Assembly (NCBI GenBank): GCA_964016885.1
Contig: OZ024740.1
Coordinates: forward strand, 75,764,001-75,828,000
Length of the DNA stretch: 64,000 bases
Direction of reading: 5' to 3'
Source of the DNA: Eledone cirrhosa
Taxonomy: Eukaryota
Shown here: one piece after another, positions 61,251 through 64,000 of the stretch
Numbering within the stretch: the first letter of the stretch is position 1
Layout of the letters: the number at the start of each line of letters is the position of its first letter
The notes under the pieces: generated by a model
Told to the model about the DNA's origin: nothing
Database searches by the model: none
Seen by the model: only the letters and a program-made list of their open reading frames with translations
Position numbers and translations under genes: made by a program

Positions 61251-61840
61251 TATTACTGAGGACCTATTTAGTTTTTATAGAGAATATTAGGAGGAAGGGG
61301 TGAAGTTGTTAGAAGAATAGTTGAAGGAGTGGTTTTTCGATAGCAGTGAGAATTCTTGGTGGCAGTGAGTAATTAGATTCCCATCTGTTGTTTTGACATT
61401 TTTTATAGAATATATTATTGGTTATTTTTCTAAATCTATAGAAGGATTAGAGATAGTAAAGATATGCGTGGTTGGTTTTGTGTTTGCACTTAACATTCAG
61501 ACTTAAATTTTTCTTTCAAGTGTACGTATTCTTTCACCCACGCATTCACACACAAATATATTTGCACACCTCTACAAAATACATATACTCACAATTCACA
61601 TATTCATACTTACATATATATACACATGCATACACATATATATACACACATGTATTCATGTACATACATACGCGCTCATGTGTATACATTTTCATACTCA
61701 ACTTATCTTTATATATACACACGTATAGACACACACATATATACATACATACTCTAGTCCATGTGTACACACATACACATACATACACATCCATATACAC
61801 ATACATACATACATATATATATATACATATATACATACAC

Positions 61841-61881
<41 letters not shown>

Positions 61882-61898
61882 CATATATACACACATAT

Positions 61899-61933
<35 letters not shown>

Positions 61934-62035
61934 AGCACTTTAATACATGAATACACTTACATTTAACTATACACATCAAACATATATATATATATTTACT
62001 TATTTATATACATTTTCACATATATATACATACTT

Positions 62036-63358
62036 ATGGACGTTTTTAGAAAAATTCAGGAAAAATTCAGCAATCTCCACGGCGGAATATACCGCGACGA
62101 TGTTCTCCTCCTAGCTAAAAACCTTAATAACCAAAAACTAGAAAAACTACGCAAAGATATAAGAAAACTACTACTCGAAATAGGACTAACTATAACATAT
62201 GAATACAACCTTAAAGTAGTTAACTTCCTGGATGTCACACTCAATTTAAACTCTGGTTTGATTAAACCGTTTCATAAATTGAATGAAAATCTCAAATACG
62301 TAAATGTTGGGTCTAACCACCCCATCTCTATAATTAAATCTATCCCTAAAAATATTTCCCTTAGAATCTCGGGTCTATCTTCTAACATACAAGTATTTAA
62401 GGAACACGCCGAGTACTACGATAACGCCCTTAGTAAAGCAGGCTACCTCAACAAAATAGAGTACATAGATGGGAACAATCAAAACACCCAAAATAAATCC
62501 CACATAGGTAGATATAATAACACAACACCAAACCACACTTACTACCATAGTATGCACACCAGTAAACCAACAAACAAAACTAATAGAAAGCGATGCAAAG
62601 AGTACTTATGGTATAACCCCGAATACAATAGCTCCATTAGTACAAATTTACCAGTACTCTTCTTTAAAATAATTAAAAGACATTTTCCCACATCACACAA
62701 ATACCACAAAATCCTAAACCCTACCACTATAAGACTGTCATACTCTACAGCGTTAAACCTTGAACAACACATAAAAAAGATCAATACTAGAAGGTTAAAC
62801 GAAAACACTAAGAACTTAAGTACAAAGAACCCCCCAAAAACAGTAGACAATACACTACAGAACATAAATAAACCACACCTAAGTTCGTCCGCAATACTAC
62901 TCCAGAGAAAACCCAACGTACACAACTGTAACTGCACCTATCCTGACAACTGCCCCCTCGGCAATAACTGCCTGGAAAAAAATATTATTTATAAGTGTAC
63001 CATTAAATCCGGAGGCAACGAGTGGTATTACGTGGGATCAACGGCAACATCGTTTAAATCTCGATTGTATAGGCATTCTTACTCAATAAAACACCAGAGC
63101 CAAAGAAATGTAACAACTTTAGCAGAGAAAGCTTGGACGCTCAGGGATAGCAATCAAAAGTTTACCCTAAAATGGGAAAAATTAGCTAAAACCCAAAGCT
63201 TTTCCAGGAGCCAAAATTTCTGCAAATTGTGTAATCTTGAGATTTATTACATAATCACACACAAGAAGAAACTGCTGAATAACAGAATTGAACGAACATT
63301 ATTCTGCCGTCACAGAACTAAAACCCTTTTTTCCCACTACAAGCCGAATATTACATAA
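62036..63358 (+). CDS. Penelope-like RT C-terminal half plus GIY-YIG endonuclease (5'-truncated, chimeric start)
   Basis: GIYRDD, VNFLDVTLNL, YVNVGSNHP, WYNPEY, CNCTYPDNCPLGNNC, IIYKC..YVGST..FKSR, CKLCNLE, CRH. Confidence 0.88.
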   Translation: MDVFRKIQEKFSNLHGGIYRDDVLLLAKNLNNQKLEKLRKDIRKLLLEIGLTITYEYNLKVVNFLDVTLNLNSGLIKPFHKLNENLKYVNVGSNHPISIIKSIPKNISLRISGLSSNIQVFKEHAEYYDNALSKAGYLNKIEYIDGNNQNTQNKSHIGRYNNTTPNHTYYHSMHTSKPTNKTNRKRCKEYLWYNPEYNSSISTNLPVLFFKIIKRHFPTSHKYHKILNPTTIRLSYSTALNLEQHIKKINTRRLNENTKNLSTKNPPKTVDNTLQNINKPHLSSSAILLQRKPNVHNCNCTYPDNCPLGNNCLEKNIIYKCTIKSGGNEWYYVGSTATSFKSRLYRHSYSIKHQSQRNVTTLAEKAWTLRDSNQKFTLKWEKLAKTQSFSRSQNFCKLCNLEIYYIITHKKKLLNNRIERTLFCRHRTKTLFSHYKPNIT

Positions 63359-63629
63359 AAGAGGGACATCCCCCAACTATATAAACCTTAATCTAGTTAG
63401 AAAAATATAAAAACAATTTCTTCTCAACATATATTAATAACCTTAAATTACCATACTAATAATGAAAAGATATGCTGATGAGAATAGGTACAAATATGCG
63501 ATAATGAATGTGTCTAAAAACGTCCATAAGTATGTATATATATGTGAAAATGTATATAAATAAGTAAATATATATATATATGTTTGATGTGTATAGTTAA
63601 ATGTAAGTGTATTCATGTATTAAAGTGCT

Positions 63630-63664
<35 letters not shown>

Positions 63665-63681
63665 ATATGTGTGTATATATG

Positions 63682-63722
<41 letters not shown>

Positions 63723-64000
63723 GTGTATGTATATATGTATATATATATATGTATGTATGTATGTGTATATGGATGTGTATGTATGTGTATGTGTGTACAC
63801 ATGGACTAGAGTATGTATGTATATATGTGTGTGTCTATACGTGTGTATATATAAAGATAAGTTGAGTATGAAAATGTATACACATGAGCGCGTATGTATG
63901 TACATGAATACATGTGTGTATATATATGTGTATGCATGTGTATATATATGTAAGTATGAATATGTGAATTGTGAGTATATGTATTTTGTAAAGGTGTGCA

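Larger units (their letters stand above)
60985..64000 (+). mobile_element. Second 5'-truncated Penelope-like element with inverted pseudo-LTR, runs off the window end
   Basis: 63513-64000 is the reverse complement of ~61563-62050; RT/GIY-YIG ORF lies between. Confidence 0.88.

Overview
Repeat-dense, AT-rich animal genomic DNA. A mollusc, probably a cephalopod, is inferred from the SINE/LINE content and the kilobase (TA)n tracts; this is not proven. The only host coding sequence I can support is one exon of a GH35 beta-galactosidase-like gene (25358-25540, +). The rest is mostly RTE-clade LINEs (two young subfamilies whose RT carries an inserted C4HC3 PHD-type finger, one with an open 1002-aa frame), a CR1-group LINE relic, tRNA-derived SINEs that share the RTE 3' end, Penelope-like GIY-YIG elements with inverted pseudo-LTRs, and very long (TA)n microsatellites. 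All YIYIYI-type ORFs are microsatellite artefacts. The main find is a tandem array of ~520-550 bp non-coding units (42589-45491). Each unit carries a type I hammerhead ribozyme, and complete units carry an octamer plus a PSE-like element at snRNA-promoter spacing, i.e. a retrozyme/newt satellite-2-like self-cleaving satellite. Seven more hammerhead folds lie in Penelope-type repeats, including two copies with a compensatory U3-A8 core. All RNA folds were derived by eye and none is experimentally tested.
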